From positions 48,710-112,709 of the forward strand of contig CBDBHR010000010.1 of NCBI GenBank assembly GCA_965205865.1: a DNA stretch of 64,000 bases, written 5' to 3'. Positions 22,430-32,840 of this stretch are shown piece by piece. Origin of the DNA: a bacterium (GTDB taxonomy: Bacteria; SAR324; NAC60-12). A program made the translations under genes and the position numbers. The notes beneath the pieces were generated by a model. That model did no database searches. It saw nothing but the letters and a program-made list of their open reading frames with translations, and was not told where the DNA came from. Position 1 is the first letter of the stretch, and each line of letters begins with the position of its first letter.

Positions 22430-22796
22430 TAATATTTTCATTTATGCAGGTAATGCCACTTCAGATGAAGAAAAAGCCTACCAGTTCTTAACGGATTTAG
22501 CTTCATTTTACTTTGCGTCTGTAACAAAGATTGAGGTATTAGGATATCATGAGCTTGACGCGGAAGATAAGAAAATTCTTGAGTCAATGTTCATTAAAGG
22601 GAGAGAAATTCCGCTTTCTTAAAAAGTAAAGGATAAAGCTATTGAACTGAAGCAAGAAAGGAAAATGTCTTTAGGAGATTCGATTATTGCAGCTTCCGCT
22701 CTTATACATAACGCAATACTTGTTACACGTAATGTCGATGATTTTACTCATATCGATGATTTGCAACATTTGAATCCGTATAAACCAACGGAATAA
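22410..22796 (+). pseudogene. vapC: PIN-domain VapC toxin with internal nonsense codon
   Basis: YLIDSNIFIY...TKIEVLG; TAA at 22620-22622, then frame continues LGDSIIAASAL...LVTRNVDDF. Confidence 0.85.
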
Positions 22797-22826
22797 CACC
22801 GTTAAAAAAAACAAAATACCAAAACA

Positions 22827-23612
22827 CGCTCGAATCGGGATAGGAAGGGGTTTTTCTCCCCTCCCTCCCACACCACCCCGCATACGGGTCCGTACGGGGC
22901 GATTCCCAAAGAGTGTCGGGCCGTAGCCGGACCAGATTTGCAGCCACAAACCTGTACGTTTATTCGTCCCACAACGCACCTATTTTAATCATCTCCACCG
23001 GTCGGCTTCATCAATGTACAGAGCATATGGGATAGAGCGTTCTCTTGGGTTCGGGCCTTCACTCTCCAGGAGCTACTATGCCCTCGGCTGACTTCTGACC
23101 GCCTTCGTTGCCGATTACTCGACACCGCGCTACCTGAGACAAACGAGAAGAAGGAGAGTGATGCGCAAGAGAGGAATTAACCGCTCCTGGCTCTTCTAGT
23201 CTTCATCTCACTATCTCCGACCGCATCACGATCAGATCTCCCCGGGTAAGAGCATGAACTTTCCCTACACAATCGCAGCATTTACCATCCTCCTTAATCC
23301 GAGTGGACATCGCAATGTCGTGCTTGCTCGCCCCGAAGTTCAGCCTTATATGCTGTTTCTGTCCGTCGACTCGTAGGTTTGCGCTCAGGCTTCCTCCGCA
23401 CGGCTCGTCACCTCCCCGCACTTGCCCTCGGCTAGTACTTTTTAAAGTTGTAATCACAAGCTGACTAGTATACTTTTCGGATAATGTACAGGGGACTCAC
23501 ACCCCATAAGTTCATGCCCATGCCGGGCACACACAAGCTGCTTGAGGTCGAAATTTGGGGCGGCGTTTGTACCTCACTCTGCCCCAAAGTCGCCTCAGCT
23601 GTTCGATTAGAC
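22827..23612 (+). other. Integron attC-like site split by the intron
   Basis: After removing the intron: CTCGAAC-AAGCT-GCTTGAGG...TTTGGGGC/GCCCCAAA...CCTCAGC-TGTTC-GATTAGAC hairpin with an extrahelical base. Confidence 0.75.
22834..23532 (-). ncRNA. ORF-less class C (IIC-attC type) group II intron, 699 nt
   Basis: 5' GTGTGCCCGGCATGG; short DV with CGC triad (ATCGCCCCGTACGGACCCGTATGCGGGGTGGT); 3' end CTATCCCGAT; exons TTGT|T. Confidence 0.9.
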
Positions 23613-23897
23613 CCTTCGTGTCCCAGTCCAGCTCTCCATCGGGGCACGATGGGGATGTCCCTCAAAATTCATTTCGGGACCGCCGGCAGAGGCGGTCCAG
23701 CGCACGCCATTGGCGAACACCTGACGAATCTCGGGCTAGTGATACTTGTTCTGCATTGTGATTCAATTTCCTGATGGGAGAGGATATTCGGTCACTGCTC
23801 GAGCAATGACCGAGAAGGAGAAACGACGTTTTATACAACGGAAGAAACAATGAAAAAGCTAAAAATTGCCGGGTTAATTTGTCTTGGAAAGTATCTT

Positions 23898-24671
23898 TCA
23901 GACGAGTTCCAAGGCAATCTGCCGCATTCCCCATGTGATATCGGATTCTTCCCTTGATTGTCGTCTCAAATCGTCAAGATCAGACTGGAGTTGTTGAATA
24001 GAGGCAGGGGAATAGTTCGCCTCAATGAAAGGGCTGGCTTTCCAAGTCTGGATATTCAAATAAAACATGGCAGCAGCACGAGCCGTGGAGACCTTTAATT
24101 GACGGACTACATTGCTGCGTTTCTTCAGGCTCTCAGTATCTTCAAGGCTATTCAATAGGGGGCCGATATAAAGTCGGTTGGCTTGCTGATCCAGAATCGT
24201 CTCCAGAATGCGGAGATAAGTCGCCAAAGTAGTATGTTTTGTCTGAATCCACTCCACTTCCTCCATCAGCAACTGCCTTCCCGGACTAAGCTGGCTTGCC
24301 CATTTGGCAATCAACTTTCGAGGATCTTTTATGTGCGAGAGCAGAAATCGGCAATAAAGTAAGTCGCAGGGTCCCACTGGGAAAGGGAGGGAGGTGATGT
24401 CGTGGTGATAAAATAAAACGCTGCTGGATGCAGTTTGTCGAGCAAGCGCAATGAAGCGTGCCGAATTATCGATCCCCGCGACATGTTGGCATTGGAGGAC
24501 TTCAGCTAAGTGATGGGTGGAAAATCCTGGTCCACATCCCAGGTCTACAGCCAATTGCGTAGGGCCGACTGTGACCTCCTGAAGAAAGAGTTTACTGGAC
24601 TCGTCAAATACGTTGGCGAGCAATTCAAGCCTGTGAGCGGCCAGGTCTGTATCACCAAAGAGATAAGGCAT
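23898..24671 (-). CDS. Class I SAM-dependent methyltransferase
   Basis: VDLGCGPG, GIDNS, YCRFLLSH. Confidence 0.88.
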   Translation of the reverse strand: MPYLFGDTDLAAHRLELLANVFDESSKLFLQEVTVGPTQLAVDLGCGPGFSTHHLAEVLQCQHVAGIDNSARFIALARQTASSSVLFYHHDITSLPFPVGPCDLLYCRFLLSHIKDPRKLIAKWASQLSPGRQLLMEEVEWIQTKHTTLATYLRILETILDQQANRLYIGPLLNSLEDTESLKKRSNVVRQLKVSTARAAAMFYLNIQTWKASPFIEANYSPASIQQLQSDLDDLRRQSREESDITWGMRQIALELV

Positions 24672-24769
24672 GAAAATTTTATGATGAAACTCAACAGTAC
24701 AAAAAATGATTGCAAATCATTTTAGAATTGTAGCATAATCTGATTTTGTTCCAATCGCTTCTAATTCTT

Positions 24770-25993
24770 ATGCCCAAAGAGCCTCTCACTCACCCCCCGA
24801 ACGAAGTTGATGGTAGTCTTTTACAAATCCTTCCTTTGTTCCTGATTTTCTTTCTGATGGTGATGGACTACCTGGTGATGATTCCCTTGGGTCCGGACAT
24901 CTCAAAGAGCATTGGTCTCGCCCCTGAATATAGTGGTTATTTGATTGCAGTCTACCCCTTGTCTTCTGCCATTTCCGCACTCATCTTGGCTCCTTTTTCA
25001 GATCGCTGGGGTCGCAAAAAAATGTTGGTAATGCTTTCTGCAGGATTCTGCCTGGCGACCTTTGGATGCGCTTTTTCCTTCAATGTCGTATCCATGTTGA
25101 CATTCCGCATTCTCTCCGGCATTTTTGGTGGACCCATCATGCCCAACCTGATGGCATATTCTGGGGATTTGTTTCATGGAGAAAAGCGCACCAAGGCGAT
25201 CACCACAGTGATGCTGGCCTTTGCGACTTCGAGTATCTTAGGTGTGCCTTTCGGCGCATGGATTGGCGAAAGGTTTTCCTGGGAAACTGCGTTTTTCATA
25301 ATTGGAACCGCCGCCTTTTTTTCGATTCTGGGATTGATGAAAATCCGCTCGGTTGGCACCGGGATCAAGCAGGGAAAAATCATTTCCCAGTATGTCGAGT
25401 TGTTCCAATTGTGGACCATCAAAGAAGTGCGAAAATTGTTTTATATACGTATTTTCATGACGGTTGGCATGTTTGGTTTGATGCCCAATATCGGTATCTG
25501 GCTGACTTTGAATATGGGGATGAACGCCACAGAGATCGGGTTGTGCTATATGCAGGGTGGAATTGGCGCAGTGCTGGGAATCCAGTTATCCGGTTGGCTC
25601 TCGCGGGTGATTTCCAGACCGGCAGTGATCAGTCTGGGTTGCATATTCATGGGGGTCGTGATGTTGCTTTTCACCAATCTCACTTTTCCCGGAAAACTGG
25701 CAGGAATATTTCTGGCAGGTCTCATGTTTGGAGGCTCGATGAGAATGCCGGCGTTCCAACTGATCATGACAGAAGCGGCTCCTATCTATTTACGGGGACG
25801 TCTGATGTCGATGATCATGATTGTCGGCAGCCTTTCCATGGGATTGGGCGGCCTCTGGGCCACACCACTCCTCACTATCGAAAATGGTAAGCTCCAGGGG
25901 GTGCCTCTTATTGGCGGCATCACCTTCCTCACTCTCTTGGCTGTCATACCATTGGTGTATTCTCTGCGAAAACATCCAGTGTCCAATCTTTAA
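24770..25993 (+). CDS. MFS transporter
   Basis: About 12 hydrophobic segments, motif A SDRWGRKK. Confidence 0.92.
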   Translation: MPKEPLTHPPNEVDGSLLQILPLFLIFFLMVMDYLVMIPLGPDISKSIGLAPEYSGYLIAVYPLSSAISALILAPFSDRWGRKKMLVMLSAGFCLATFGCAFSFNVVSMLTFRILSGIFGGPIMPNLMAYSGDLFHGEKRTKAITTVMLAFATSSILGVPFGAWIGERFSWETAFFIIGTAAFFSILGLMKIRSVGTGIKQGKIISQYVELFQLWTIKEVRKLFYIRIFMTVGMFGLMPNIGIWLTLNMGMNATEIGLCYMQGGIGAVLGIQLSGWLSRVISRPAVISLGCIFMGVVMLLFTNLTFPGKLAGIFLAGLMFGGSMRMPAFQLIMTEAAPIYLRGRLMSMIMIVGSLSMGLGGLWATPLLTIENGKLQGVPLIGGITFLTLLAVIPLVYSLRKHPVSNL

Positions 25994-26091
25994 ATAAAAT
26001 GAGTTTCCAAAAAAATATTTGTTGTTTAAAATACTCTTGACACGTCTGCAAGAGATTATAATTTGAGTTTTTTTACGCAAAGGAGTTTGAA

Positions 26092-26874
26092 ATGAATGAA
26101 AATCGAATCAAAGCAATGTGGAAAGAAGGCAAGTCGGCGGTTCAAGTATGGAGTTGGACAGGCCATCCGGAAATTTGCAAGATATTGGCAAAGGCGGGTT
26201 TCGACGCGGTCTGTCTGGACTGGCAACATGGTCTTGGCGTAACCGAACAGTCGTTGGTGAACTGCATCCAGGCCATCAATACAGTACCCGGAGTAGCGGC
26301 GCTCGTCAGACTGCCCAAGGGGGATGCCTACTACATTTCTCATGTTCTGGATGCAGGAGCGGCCGGGGTAATCGTACCAATGGTGAACACGCCGGAAGAG
26401 GCCAAATCCGCGGGACTTGCCTGTCGCTTTTCTCCTACGGGAATTCGCAGTTTAGCCCATACGCCATTCATCAAACCTGGTGAGACGGTTGAAGAATATA
26501 CGACCCGCGCCAATGAGGAGATTATTTGTTTGGTCATGATTGAAACCCGACAAGCCATTGAAAACATTGAAAGTATTTGCAATGCGCCCGGCATTGATGG
26601 AGTATACATTGGACCCTATGACTTATCCCTGGACATGGAGGTACCGACTTCCGCTTGGTATAATGATGAGCGGCATCTGGCCGTTGTAAAACGTATCATT
26701 CAGGTTGCCGAGAATGCCTGTATCATTGCCGGACATCATGGATCCGGGCCTGCAATATCAGCAAAATTTGTCAAAATGGGTGCTAAGACGTGCCAAATTG
26801 GGACTGATTCCCTTATCTTGTCGGGAGCATTACGCGCATCCTTGAAGGCATTTCAAGAGGCACTTGAAGAATAA
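26092..26874 (+). CDS. HpcH/HpaI aldolase family protein
   Basis: LDWQHG, LDAGAAGVIVPMV, MIET, IGPYDLS. Confidence 0.92.
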   Translation: MNENRIKAMWKEGKSAVQVWSWTGHPEICKILAKAGFDAVCLDWQHGLGVTEQSLVNCIQAINTVPGVAALVRLPKGDAYYISHVLDAGAAGVIVPMVNTPEEAKSAGLACRFSPTGIRSLAHTPFIKPGETVEEYTTRANEEIICLVMIETRQAIENIESICNAPGIDGVYIGPYDLSLDMEVPTSAWYNDERHLAVVKRIIQVAENACIIAGHHGSGPAISAKFVKMGAKTCQIGTDSLILSGALRASLKAFQEALEE

Positions 26875-26957
26875 TGAATCCTCCTTTGGCCAAGTGCGAA
26901 GGTGGCAGAACTCGACAAGCATTCCCTGCTTGGCCAATCTTTGATTTCTCCCAGGAT

Positions 26958-27338
26958 TCAGTCTTCAATGTAACGTATGGGGCTTTCTCCATCGTCTTTG
27001 ACATCAAATTCCTTCATTCGCTCTTCTTCTTGTTGACAATTGATGCAAAGCCTGGCGAATGGGACAATCATCAACCGTTTTTTGGAGATCGGTTCACTAC
27101 ATTCTTCACAGTTCCCATAATTGTTTTCTTCAATGCGTCTAATCGCTTCCTCGATTTTTTCTAATTTTTCTTGTTCGCGGTCATGCAAAAGCATGGTCAA
27201 TTTCCGTTCCTGCTCTTCCACGGAACTGTCAATTTCGTCTCCAATTTCATGTTCTGTGACAACCTGTTCCTTATTTTTAAGAATTTCCTCGATCAGGTTT
27301 TCTTTTTCTTTCTGCAACATTGCTTTGATGTCCTGCAT
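26958..27338 (-). CDS. DksA/TraR C4 zinc-finger protein
   Basis: DEID coiled-coil tip, YGNCEEC...RL...CINC. Confidence 0.9.
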   Translation of the reverse strand: MQDIKAMLQKEKENLIEEILKNKEQVVTEHEIGDEIDSSVEEQERKLTMLLHDREQEKLEKIEEAIRRIEENNYGNCEECSEPISKKRLMIVPFARLCINCQQEEERMKEFDVKDDGESPIRYIED

Positions 27339-27508
27339 CTTCCCGTCCTTCTGCTCTCAAACAATCCTTTTATGAAACGAATAAGAACCCGCGATTTTGA
27401 CAGTCGGAACAATTTCTGACAGTGAAACATGCAAAATGCCCCTGCTTTTAGTACTTAGCGAAACTGCTCTTTGAAATCGTGAATTTTTAGAGGATTTTTA
27501 TCTGCAAG

Positions 27509-28858
27509 TCAAGAGAAATTATTCGATCGTCTCTCAGCGCGGCGTGATAAAACTGCTGCGAATAACCCCATCAAATCAGGAGAAGGCAGTGTTTTGTAAT
27601 AGCCTTCTTCTGTCAAAAAAGGCATGCCGGGTTTGCAATGAGATAAAAATTGTCGAAACGGGAGAATAGCATAATCCGGATGGTTTATCAAAAACTGTTC
27701 AATTTGAAGTTCGTTTTCTTCCAACTCCAAGGAGCAAGTCGCGTATACCAGCATGCCCTCCGCCTTTAATAGATACGATGCTTGGTCTAACAGCTGCTGT
27801 TGTATGTGAGTTTTGCTCAACAAGGCTTCCTTGGAGGCAATCCACTTTATATCCGGATTTTTGCGAATCGTACCTGTTGCAGAACAAGGAACATCCAGGA
27901 GAATCACATCAAATGGCTCTTTGAATGGAAGTTTCAGACCATCTGAGACGAGCAACCCCGATGTCGGAAGTCGCAAACGTTGCATATTTTGACGAAGCTT
28001 TCTCATCCGTTTTGGAGAATTATCATTGAAAAAGAGTCGTTGCGGATGAGGCGCTTGTAGAATCCCGATGGATTTCCCCCCAGGTGCTGCGCAGACGTCC
28101 AGAATTTTTCCCTTCCAGAGAGGTGCCGTGCAATCCAGAAAAATTTGAGAGGAGCTGTCCTGCGCATAACACGCTCCCTGCTGAAAAGCAGTCGTATGGA
28201 ACAAATCGGCCGCGTTTTCAACTACCAGAGCCTGAGCGGCGATTGGATGCAAGCGTACCGAGAGACCTTCTTTTTCAAGGCATTCTAAGAGATTTTCCCG
28301 TTTCCAGGGAGGCATGCTGCGAACCGTGACTCCTTCAAAAGTATTATTGGCCGTGCAAATGGATTCTACTTGCGCCGGTGTGTAAAATTTTTGCCAGCGG
28401 GCCACCATCCAATCCTGGTGGGATGTTCGAATTGCCAAAGGTTGACGGTGATAGGAATAATTTTTTTCCATATCACGCGCGAAATTCCTCAGTACGGCAT
28501 TGATGAGAGCCTTTTGCGCGATGATACGGAAAGGATGGGCCAAAGCAACACTCTCATAGATGCTGGCGCGAATGGGAATGCGGTCCATGAAAAGAAGTTG
28601 ATAAATCCCCAATACCAAAATTCCCACCACACTTTTTTGCAATTTGTGGAATGGTTTGTCCACCCGATTTTGGATTTCCGCATGCAACAAGCGTCGATGG
28701 CGGATCATGCCCTGCAAGAGATGGAAATAAAAACGACGATCTTTACGGGTCTTCAATTGCTCCGGAAGCTGATCCTGCCAGTGGGAGGAGTGGGGGAATT
28801 TTAGAAAATCTCTCACTACCAGAAAACGAACTCGATCATAAACCATCATTCTTTCCAC
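27509..28858 (-). CDS. rsmB: 16S rRNA m5C967 methyltransferase RsmB (NusB-like + MTase domains)
   Basis: INAVLR, DVCAAPGGKS, DVPCSATG, YATCS. Confidence 0.88.
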   Translation of the reverse strand: MERMMVYDRVRFLVVRDFLKFPHSSHWQDQLPEQLKTRKDRRFYFHLLQGMIRHRRLLHAEIQNRVDKPFHKLQKSVVGILVLGIYQLLFMDRIPIRASIYESVALAHPFRIIAQKALINAVLRNFARDMEKNYSYHRQPLAIRTSHQDWMVARWQKFYTPAQVESICTANNTFEGVTVRSMPPWKRENLLECLEKEGLSVRLHPIAAQALVVENAADLFHTTAFQQGACYAQDSSSQIFLDCTAPLWKGKILDVCAAPGGKSIGILQAPHPQRLFFNDNSPKRMRKLRQNMQRLRLPTSGLLVSDGLKLPFKEPFDVILLDVPCSATGTIRKNPDIKWIASKEALLSKTHIQQQLLDQASYLLKAEGMLVYATCSLELEENELQIEQFLINHPDYAILPFRQFLSHCKPGMPFLTEEGYYKTLPSPDLMGLFAAVLSRRAERRSNNFS

Positions 28859-28936
28859 AAATGAGTTCTTCTACAAGAATCCTTCAATTGCCAAAAAAAC
28901 GCGAAGGGATTCCCGAAAAATTGATTTGAACTTCCC

Positions 28937-30319
28937 GTGGGTTATCGATATGCTTGGCGTTCATACCTTACGTCCCACTCATGCCTTGAGGGTGTTGTGC
29001 AGACTTTAGTTCGTTTTAACTCAAAACGTGTCCTGCCTTTGGGAGGTTGTCTTCTTCTTGGATTTTTGTTTTTCCTGCATTTCCACAATTCAGAGGCGGT
29101 TTCCGATTCCCCCTTTTGGCTTACGGTTGCTGGTGATTTGAGGGGTGAGATCAAACCCTGTGGCTGCAGTTCCGAAGGAGATATGGGGGGGTTGCTGCGT
29201 CGCGCCAGCTATCTGGAACAACTGCGTACATCCCGGAGTCCGGTCTACTATCTCGATTTAGGAAACAATTTTCCTCCCCCTTCCGAGCAAGGTCGTTTGA
29301 AGGTGGAATTGATTCAAAATACCCTGAAACGTCTTAAGCCTCTGGTTATTTTATTGGGCCCGAATGAATTGCTCTATGAGCAATCGCTTTTGGACCTGCA
29401 GCTTCCTTATATACTCACCAATGTTCGTGCAGACTGGTTTGTTAAAAAATCGCACTTTGAAATGCAGGCAGAGCAACGAATCGGCATATGGGGTTATCTC
29501 TCTCCCACGCAAATCTATCAAAACAAGAACGAGGAACAAGCTGTTTTTCCCGTTGACTCCACACTACTCGAGGAATGGCGTCAGGAGTTGCAAAAAAGCC
29601 GGGTCGACTATACCATTTTGTTGTTCCGGGGCAATGAAGAGGAATTAACCCAGTTCGAACAAAGTCATTTATTCGATCTCATCATCACTGGCAGCAACAA
29701 CGATGATGAATTGAATCAGATTCTAAGCATGCAAACCGCAACAGGGACTTTTCCCGCAGTGCCCACTAAAGGGCAAGGCGCCCTCCAGGCACACATTGAT
29801 TTGAGCAACAAGTCACCTCAATTCGAGGTGATTTGGCTCTATGATGATTTTGCTGATCATCCTGAAATTTTGCCTTTTTTTGACGATTATAATGAATACG
29901 TCAAAGAACTGTTTTTTACCAATCTTGATCGTATGGAAAAACACGAACGCGAAACCCCCTATGGGGGAGATATCATTTGTAAAGCATGTCATATTGCCCA
30001 GCATGCAATATGGAGCAGTAGCGGACACAGTCATGCCTACGCGACCCTGCAAAATGTGAACAAGCATTTTGACTTGGAATGCTTGCAATGCCATGTGGTG
30101 GGTCTGAACCAAGATGGCTTCCTCAGTGCGGAACTGACCCCCACCCTGCTCAACGTGCAATGCGAGAATTGCCACGGGCCTGCCATGGCTCACATCCGCA
30201 ATCCAACTCAGGTGCATCCCCCAACCAAACCTGCCGGAAAAGCCTGTATTTCCTGCCATCGAGGCAGTCATTCTCCGACTTTTGAATTCTCAACGTACTG
30301 GGCTAAAATTGCGCATTAA
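28937..30319 (+). CDS. Metallophosphoesterase-like N-terminal domain fused to a tetraheme cytochrome c (c554-like)
   Basis: GEIKPCGC...GGLLRRA, DLGN; four CxxCH (CKACH, CLQCH, CENCH, CISCH); start uncertain. Confidence 0.8.
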   Translation: MGYRYAWRSYLTSHSCLEGVVQTLVRFNSKRVLPLGGCLLLGFLFFLHFHNSEAVSDSPFWLTVAGDLRGEIKPCGCSSEGDMGGLLRRASYLEQLRTSRSPVYYLDLGNNFPPPSEQGRLKVELIQNTLKRLKPLVILLGPNELLYEQSLLDLQLPYILTNVRADWFVKKSHFEMQAEQRIGIWGYLSPTQIYQNKNEEQAVFPVDSTLLEEWRQELQKSRVDYTILLFRGNEEELTQFEQSHLFDLIITGSNNDDELNQILSMQTATGTFPAVPTKGQGALQAHIDLSNKSPQFEVIWLYDDFADHPEILPFFDDYNEYVKELFFTNLDRMEKHERETPYGGDIICKACHIAQHAIWSSSGHSHAYATLQNVNKHFDLECLQCHVVGLNQDGFLSAELTPTLLNVQCENCHGPAMAHIRNPTQVHPPTKPAGKACISCHRGSHSPTFEFSTYWAKIAH

Positions 30320-30364
30320 AGAGATGCGTCACCTTTTTCAATCCTATCCGATTTCCCCTTTTCT

Positions 30365-30505
30365 CCTTTGGGAACCCCTCCCTTTGGGAACCCCTCCCCG
30401 CGACACCTCACCCCCGACCCCTCCCTCAAGGGGTCGGGGGTTCCTCGGCGCGGGATTCTTTGATCCCTTGCGCAGGGGTTGGGGGTTCCTCGGCGCGGGA
30501 TTTTT
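30365..30505. repeat. GC-rich palindromic/tandem repeat cluster between convergent genes
   Basis: 13-bp stem ACCCCCGACCCCT/AGGGGTCGGGGGT (30410-30441); 45-bp-period duplicate at 30429 and 30474. Confidence 0.8.
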
Positions 30506-32072
30506 CTTCCCGATTTTCCAACCAATTTAAGATAGCGGCCGGGTCCACAAAGCAATTGGGATAGGTCATTGTGGGGCGCTTTATCACAATCAAGGGAATA
30601 TCCAACGTCAGGGCTGCTGCGGCTTTTGCTTGATAACCACCGGCTTCTCCGGAATCTTTGGTGACGATACAATCGACTTGCCAGCTCTGCCAAAGCGCTT
30701 CATTGAATGCCTGCGTGAAGGGCCCTTGCACGGCACAGATATGATTGGCCGGGACCCCGCAATCAATAGCGCGTTGCACGATGGAAGGGTCAGGAGTAGT
30801 GCGGATGAACCATTCACGTCGGGCAGAGCCTGAAGTGTCGAGAAAAATACCGAGATCTTTAGAACCGGTCGCCAAAAAGATGCGTTTCCCTTTGGCGATG
30901 GCGACTTTTGCCGCCTCTTCCATGGTTTGACATACCGTGATGGAGGGAGACTCGGGTGTCCCTGAGGGTTGGCTTCCCGGACGTTCCAAGCGTAAATATG
31001 GAATCTTCAGTTCAGCGGATAGCCGCATCAGTTGTGAGGAAATTTCAGTTGCAAAAGGATGGGTTGCGTCAATAAGGGCACAAGCAGAGCTTTCCTGTAG
31101 TTCTTGACGACGTATTGCGATGCCTTTTCTTCCTCCTGTTACCGGCAATTGAGGATATTTTTTTTTTACAAACGCCTTTCCATATTCAGTTGCCGTGGAA
31201 ACTATGACGGAATAACCCCGCGTTCTCATCTCCGCAGCCAGGCGGTTGCCATCGCTGGTTCCGGAAAATACCCAATAAGCATGGTGAGGAATTGCGCTAT
31301 TCCTTTGAGTCGATTCAGCGACGTCTTGGTCGGACGCCTGCCATCCGAGATAACCCCGTGGGGTGACCAGAAAATTGCCTTTGCGACGCGTGAAACGATT
31401 GCCGACGATAATAGTGGTGAGCATATCGAATTGCTGATCGAGCAGATCTTCCAAGGCTACGATGGCAATTTTTTGCTCTTCACGATAAGCATTACGCACC
31501 ACCCCGCACCAGGTCGTTGACGGTTTATATTCTAACATGATACGCAAAATCCGATAAATCCCTTGCTGCCGCGCTTGGCTTTGGATGTTATATAAAACGG
31601 CTGCCAGATCGGCCTGCGCGATGGACGTCGCCCGTTTCTCAATCCAATCCCAAGGGCATAAAAGGTCTGAAAGCGAAAGGGCGGCAAAATCATGGGACAA
31701 GGGCGCCCCTAAAAGTGAAGCACAGGCGTTGGCTGCCGTGATACCGGGAATGACTTCCACTTGAAAAGGTTCCTGCTCTTCCATCAACTCAAAGGCAAGG
31801 CCAGCCATGGCAAAGATGCCGATATCGCCACTGGATATCAAACTCACCTGCTTGCCGGCACGTGCCAACTCGATTGCTTTAAATGCCCGTTCTCGTTCTT
31901 GGGTGAGAGGGAAGGTATGGATTGCTTTACCTGCCAATTCCTCCTTGATCCATCGCAGGAAGCGATCATAACTGACAATCTCCTCACTCCTCTCAATGGC
32001 CTTCGTAGCCAAGGGTGGAATGAGCTCTTTGCTGCCAGGTCCAACGGAGACAAGATAGAGTTTACCCTGCAT
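30426..32072 (-). CDS. cbiH: Fused precorrin-3B C17-methyltransferase / precorrin-6A reductase (CbiH-CbiJ)
   Basis: SSGDIGIFAMAG, PGITA, SLSDLL; second domain FSGTSDG, IDATHPFA, VTKDSG. Confidence 0.9.
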   Translation of the reverse strand: MQGKLYLVSVGPGSKELIPPLATKAIERSEEIVSYDRFLRWIKEELAGKAIHTFPLTQERERAFKAIELARAGKQVSLISSGDIGIFAMAGLAFELMEEQEPFQVEVIPGITAANACASLLGAPLSHDFAALSLSDLLCPWDWIEKRATSIAQADLAAVLYNIQSQARQQGIYRILRIMLEYKPSTTWCGVVRNAYREEQKIAIVALEDLLDQQFDMLTTIIVGNRFTRRKGNFLVTPRGYLGWQASDQDVAESTQRNSAIPHHAYWVFSGTSDGNRLAAEMRTRGYSVIVSTATEYGKAFVKKKYPQLPVTGGRKGIAIRRQELQESSACALIDATHPFATEISSQLMRLSAELKIPYLRLERPGSQPSGTPESPSITVCQTMEEAAKVAIAKGKRIFLATGSKDLGIFLDTSGSARREWFIRTTPDPSIVQRAIDCGVPANHICAVQGPFTQAFNEALWQSWQVDCIVTKDSGEAGGYQAKAAAALTLDIPLIVIKRPTMTYPNCFVDPAAILNWLENREEKSRAEEPPTPAQGIKESRAEEPPTP

Positions 32073-32081
32073 ATTGTTTCC

Positions 32082-32840
32082 TTATCTTGGTAAAAACACA
32101 GGATCTTCGACAATGGCGATCGCGATGCCGTTCCAGACCGTTTTCTCCAAAATTAACTCCCCACGTACACTGGCCAGCAAGGCGCAAGGCTCACATACGC
32201 CTGCCACTCCCACGTTCTGCCGCACCCATTGGGAAGACCGGGTGACCCAAGGACGTTTTGCCAGCAGTTCACCTTTGATTCCATGTAAAAGAAAACCACG
32301 ACTCGCACACCACTGGCGCAGTCCTGGCTCTTTTTCCTTCAAATCAATCGTTGCGATTTCACGAACTTCCTGGAAGCTGCGCCCGATCTGTCGCAATGCT
32401 TGGCATACCGCATCTTCGATTTGATCAGATGCCACTCCCTTGCGGCAGCCAATGCCAATCACAAGCGGTTTGAGGGTTTCAGTAGCGGTGGTGACTACCG
32501 GAACTGCGCCTGTCAGTGTGGCGATGCGGTGGGCCAGTAAATTGGCTTTCCCTTCGTGACCTCCGAGCAGAGAAACCGCGTAACGTGACCCTTCGTCCAG
32601 CACGACTACTCCCGGATCTGAGTGTTTGTCCTGAGGCAATCCGTGTAAATAGCGCACTGCAATCCCTGTCGTCATCACCAACACCCACGGCGCGTATTCA
32701 AAAAACAACTCCGCAAACAGGGACCTCCCGGATTTTCCCGGATGCTTCCATGGATGCAACAACTCTCCGGAGAGTTTTTGTTGCAAAAAAATACCCAAAG
32801 GTTCGGCTTCCTGGCGAACCAGCCAAATGCCTGGTTTCAT
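32082..32840 (-). CDS. cbiG: Cobalt-precorrin-5A hydrolase CbiG
   Basis: DKHSDPGVVV, LLGGHEG, VTTAT, GIGCRKG, GVCEPCAL. Confidence 0.92.
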   Translation of the reverse strand: MKPGIWLVRQEAEPLGIFLQQKLSGELLHPWKHPGKSGRSLFAELFFEYAPWVLVMTTGIAVRYLHGLPQDKHSDPGVVVLDEGSRYAVSLLGGHEGKANLLAHRIATLTGAVPVVTTATETLKPLVIGIGCRKGVASDQIEDAVCQALRQIGRSFQEVREIATIDLKEKEPGLRQWCASRGFLLHGIKGELLAKRPWVTRSSQWVRQNVGVAGVCEPCALLASVRGELILEKTVWNGIAIAIVEDPVFLPR

